Below are positions 61,194 through 64,000 of a stretch of 64,000 nt of DNA, piece after piece. Origin of the DNA: an uncultured Candidatus Saccharibacteria bacterium (GTDB taxonomy: Bacteria; Patescibacteriota; Minisyncoccia; SW-4-49-11); assembly GCA_964633865.1 (NCBI GenBank), contig CAZWIJ010000006.1, positions 25,858 through 89,857 on the forward strand, read 5' to 3'. Numbering within the stretch: position 1 is the stretch's first letter; each line of letters begins with the position of its first letter. A model generated the notes under the pieces. That model ran no database searches. It saw nothing but the letters and a program-made list of their open reading frames with translations, and was not told the DNA's origin. The translations under genes and the position numbers were made by a program.

Positions 61194-62720
61194 ATGAATC
61201 CAATCACATTGATATGGTTTTTTTTAGCAGGCTTGGGAGGCGGAAGTTTAGGATATATTTTAAGAATATATATTTCTAAAAAAAATTTTGACTCATATGA
61301 ATCTAAAATTAAATCACTTGAAGAAAAACATCAAACAGATGTTAAAAAGAAATTAAATAGTGCAGAAAAGAAAGTCGATAATATGATTGATGATGCTAGA
61401 AAAGAAGCATCTAATATTAGACAAAATGCTATTTTGGTTGAAAAAAATTCTCTAAAAAAAGAGCAAGAGTTAGAACAAAAAATAAAAAATTTAGAAAAAG
61501 ATAAAAATGAACTGAGACAAAAAGCTGATAAAGTTAAATCTTTGTATAAAGAAGCAGAAACTTTCAAATCAAAGCAAGAAGAATCATTACAAAAAATTGC
61601 TGGATTGACAAAAGACGAAGCTAAGAATATTCTTATTTCTCAGGAAGAAAAATTATCTCAAAAAGATTTAATGATTCAGATTGAAAGATTAGAATCCGTT
61701 AGAAAAGAACATCTAGAGCAAAAAGCTAAAAATATAATGGTTTTAGCTATGCAAAAGTATGCTCAAGAACAAGTATCTGAATATACAACAACTACAATAC
61801 CATTAGAGAATGAAGAAATTAAAGGTAAAATAATTGGTAAGGAAGGTAGAAATATCCGTACATTGGAAAATAGTACAGGAGTTCAGATCATTGTGGATGA
61901 TACTCCTGAAACGATTGTTCTATCATCATTTGATCCTATAAGAAGAACAATAGCTAAATTAGCAGTTGAGAACTTATTAAAAGATGGAAGAATTCAGCCA
62001 GCTAGAATTGAGGAGTTTGTTATAAAAGCTAAGGAAGAGATTCACCAAAAAATTAAAAAAGCAGGTGACTCTGCTTTATATGAATTAGGAATAACAGGAG
62101 TTGATTCAAAACTTGCTTATATTTTAGGTAGACTTATGTTTAGAACTAGTTATGGACAAAATGTTTTGATGCATAGTATAGAAGTTGCATATTTAGCAGG
62201 TATTATAGCTTCTGAATTAGGAGCAAATGTTATGATTGCTAAAATGGGAGGATTATTTCATGATATTGGTAAAGCATTAGATCATGAAGTAGAGGGGACA
62301 CATGTTAATATTGGTATGATGTTACTTTCCAAATATAATATTGATCCAGAAGTGATCAAAGCTATGCAATCTCATCATGAAGAATATCCTTATGAAACGA
62401 TAGAATCAAGAATTGTACAGGTAGCAGATGCTATATCAGCATCAAGACCAGGTGCAAGAAGAGATACAGCAGATAATTATATTAAAAGATTGGGAGCTTT
62501 GGAGAAGATTAGTAATTCTTTTAATGGAGTTGAAAGAAGTTATGCTATTAATGCAGGAAGAGAAATAAGAATTTTTGTCACTCCATATAAAGTTTCTGAT
62601 ATTAATGCTAAAAAACTGGCAAGAAATATAGCTAATCGAATAGAAGAAGAGCTTAATTTTCCAGGAGAGATTAAGGTTACTGTTATAAGAGAAACAAGAA
62701 TTATTGATTATGCTAGATAA
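61194..62720 (+). CDS. rny: Ribonuclease Y
   Basis: TM, coiled coil, KH domain (KGKIIGKEGRNIR) and HD domain (HSIEVA, HDIGK, ADAISASRPGAR). Confidence 0.97.
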   Translation: MNPITLIWFFLAGLGGGSLGYILRIYISKKNFDSYESKIKSLEEKHQTDVKKKLNSAEKKVDNMIDDARKEASNIRQNAILVEKNSLKKEQELEQKIKNLEKDKNELRQKADKVKSLYKEAETFKSKQEESLQKIAGLTKDEAKNILISQEEKLSQKDLMIQIERLESVRKEHLEQKAKNIMVLAMQKYAQEQVSEYTTTTIPLENEEIKGKIIGKEGRNIRTLENSTGVQIIVDDTPETIVLSSFDPIRRTIAKLAVENLLKDGRIQPARIEEFVIKAKEEIHQKIKKAGDSALYELGITGVDSKLAYILGRLMFRTSYGQNVLMHSIEVAYLAGIIASELGANVMIAKMGGLFHDIGKALDHEVEGTHVNIGMMLLSKYNIDPEVIKAMQSHHEEYPYETIESRIVQVADAISASRPGARRDTADNYIKRLGALEKISNSFNGVERSYAINAGREIRIFVTPYKVSDINAKKLARNIANRIEEELNFPGEIKVTVIRETRIIDYAR

Positions 62721-62845
62721 AACCCTTTACAATAATTGAAAATAGATTTATTATAATACTAGTAGATGAATTTATTTAAATTCTATCTAAATATAAAGAA
62801 GTCGAAATATATGATAAAAAAATTGAGAGAGGAGGTGTTAAGAAA

Positions 62846-63118
62846 ATGAATAAATCAGAAATTATAGATGTAATCTCTTCTAAAACAGGTTTAACTAAAA
62901 AAGATACAGATTTAGTAATACAATCATTTGTTGAGGTAGTTACTAATACTCTAGTAAAAGGAGAAGAAGTTGTTTTAACAGGTTTTGGAACTTTCTCAAT
63001 AACAGAAAGACAAGCAAGAACAGGAGTTAATCCTAGAACTTTAGAAAAAATTCAAATAGCAGCTACAAAAACTCCTAAATTTAAAGCAGGAGCTAAGCTT
63101 AAAGAAGCAGTTAAATAG
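62846..63118 (+). CDS. hup: HU family DNA-binding protein
   Basis: MNKSE, GFGTF, RTGVNPRT, PKFKAG; strong SD aggaggtg. Confidence 0.96.
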   Translation: MNKSEIIDVISSKTGLTKKDTDLVIQSFVEVVTNTLVKGEEVVLTGFGTFSITERQARTGVNPRTLEKIQIAATKTPKFKAGAKLKEAVK

Positions 63119-63244
63119 TTATTTGTTTTTATAAAAATCCATTTGAAAAATATATTTAATATATAATAAAATGGATTTTTTTATTTATGAAAAAATAAAG
63201 AGATATGATATAATAAATATATAGTTAATAAATAATTTTAAAGT

Positions 63245-64000
63245 ATGAACATATTAATTACAGGGGGAGCTGGATTTATAGGATCAAATTTTTTGTATTA
63301 TATGATAAAAAAATATCCTGAATATCAATTTATAAATTATGATAAAATTACTTATTCAGGTAACTTAGATAATTTAAAAGAATTAGAAAATAAATCAAAT
63401 TATAATTTTGTGAAAGGAGATATACAAGACTATGATTTATTACATGAGACAGTAAATAAATATAATATAGATTATATAATCAATTTTGCAGCTGAGACTC
63501 ATGTTGATAGATCAATTTATGGTTTTGCAAAAGATTTTATACTTACAAATGTTTTAGGAACACAAGTAATTTTAGAAATAGTAAAAAATAATAGAGATAA
63601 AATTAAAAGATATATTCATATTTCTACTGATGAAGTTTATGGATCTTTGGAATTGGGTGGGGAAGATAAGTTTAGCGAAGAAGATAAGTTCTCCCCAAAC
63701 TCACCTTATTCAGCATCCAAAGCAAGTTCAGATCTGTTTTGTAGAGCTTATTTACATACCTATAATTTACCTATTATAATTACACATTGTTCTAATAATT
63801 ACGGGCCTTATCAATTCCCAGAAAAAATGATACCATTTTTCATATTGAAGTTACTAAAAAATGAAAAAGTCCCAGTTTATGGAGACGGGCTTAATATTAG
63901 AGATTGGATTCATACGATAGATCATGCAAGTGCAGTAGATTTACTTTTACATAAAGGACAAGATGGCGAAACTTATAATATAGGCTCAGATAATGAGATT
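63245..64000 (+). CDS. rfbB: dTDP-glucose 4,6-dehydratase (runs off the window end)
   Basis: ITGGAGFIGSN, FAAETHVDRSI, ISTDEVYGS, PYSASKA, CSNNYGPYQFPEK, YGDGLNIRDW. Confidence 0.95.
   Translation, partial: MNILITGGAGFIGSNFLYYMIKKYPEYQFINYDKITYSGNLDNLKELENKSNYNFVKGDIQDYDLLHETVNKYNIDYIINFAAETHVDRSIYGFAKDFILTNVLGTQVILEIVKNNRDKIKRYIHISTDEVYGSLELGGEDKFSEEDKFSPNSPYSASKASSDLFCRAYLHTYNLPIIITHCSNNYGPYQFPEKMIPFFILKLLKNEKVPVYGDGLNIRDWIHTIDHASAVDLLLHKGQDGETYNIGSDNEI

Overview
Very AT-rich bacterial chromosome segment read with the standard code (TGG=Trp, TGA=stop). Gene content strongly suggests a Patescibacteria/CPR (Parcubacteria-like) genome: short AlaS, a 23S-5S unit with no linked 16S, an FtsA-like/baseplate-J-like gene pair, a chromosomal VirB4-like pair, a full type IV pilus locus and many pilin-adhesin fusions. 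Most of the window is housekeeping (secG, rsmE, murA, alaS, holA, rpsF-ssb-rpsR-rpsT, galU, rpsU, ybeY, ftsA, trmD, pgk, rsmA, uvrB, rny, HU, tRNA-Lys). The most notable observations are: (1) a 125-aa protein beside tRNA-Lys made of two tandem NblA-like units, a family known from cyanobacteria, red algae and cyanophages, which suggests a cyanobacterial host; (2) an orphan PemK/MazF-type toxin facing a ~50-nt structured RNA with a perfect promoter, a candidate RNA antitoxin; (3) an unannotated ~145-nt rod-shaped 6S-like RNA downstream of trmD; (4) modular pilin-head/variable-passenger genes with a codon-composition switch at the junction; (5) strong Shine-Dalgarno sites seen only at rpsU, HU and a pilin; (6) insertions in the 23S rRNA; (7) apparently catalytically dead ACD and RmlB paralogs. 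All assignments come from motif recognition by eye; no database searches were run.
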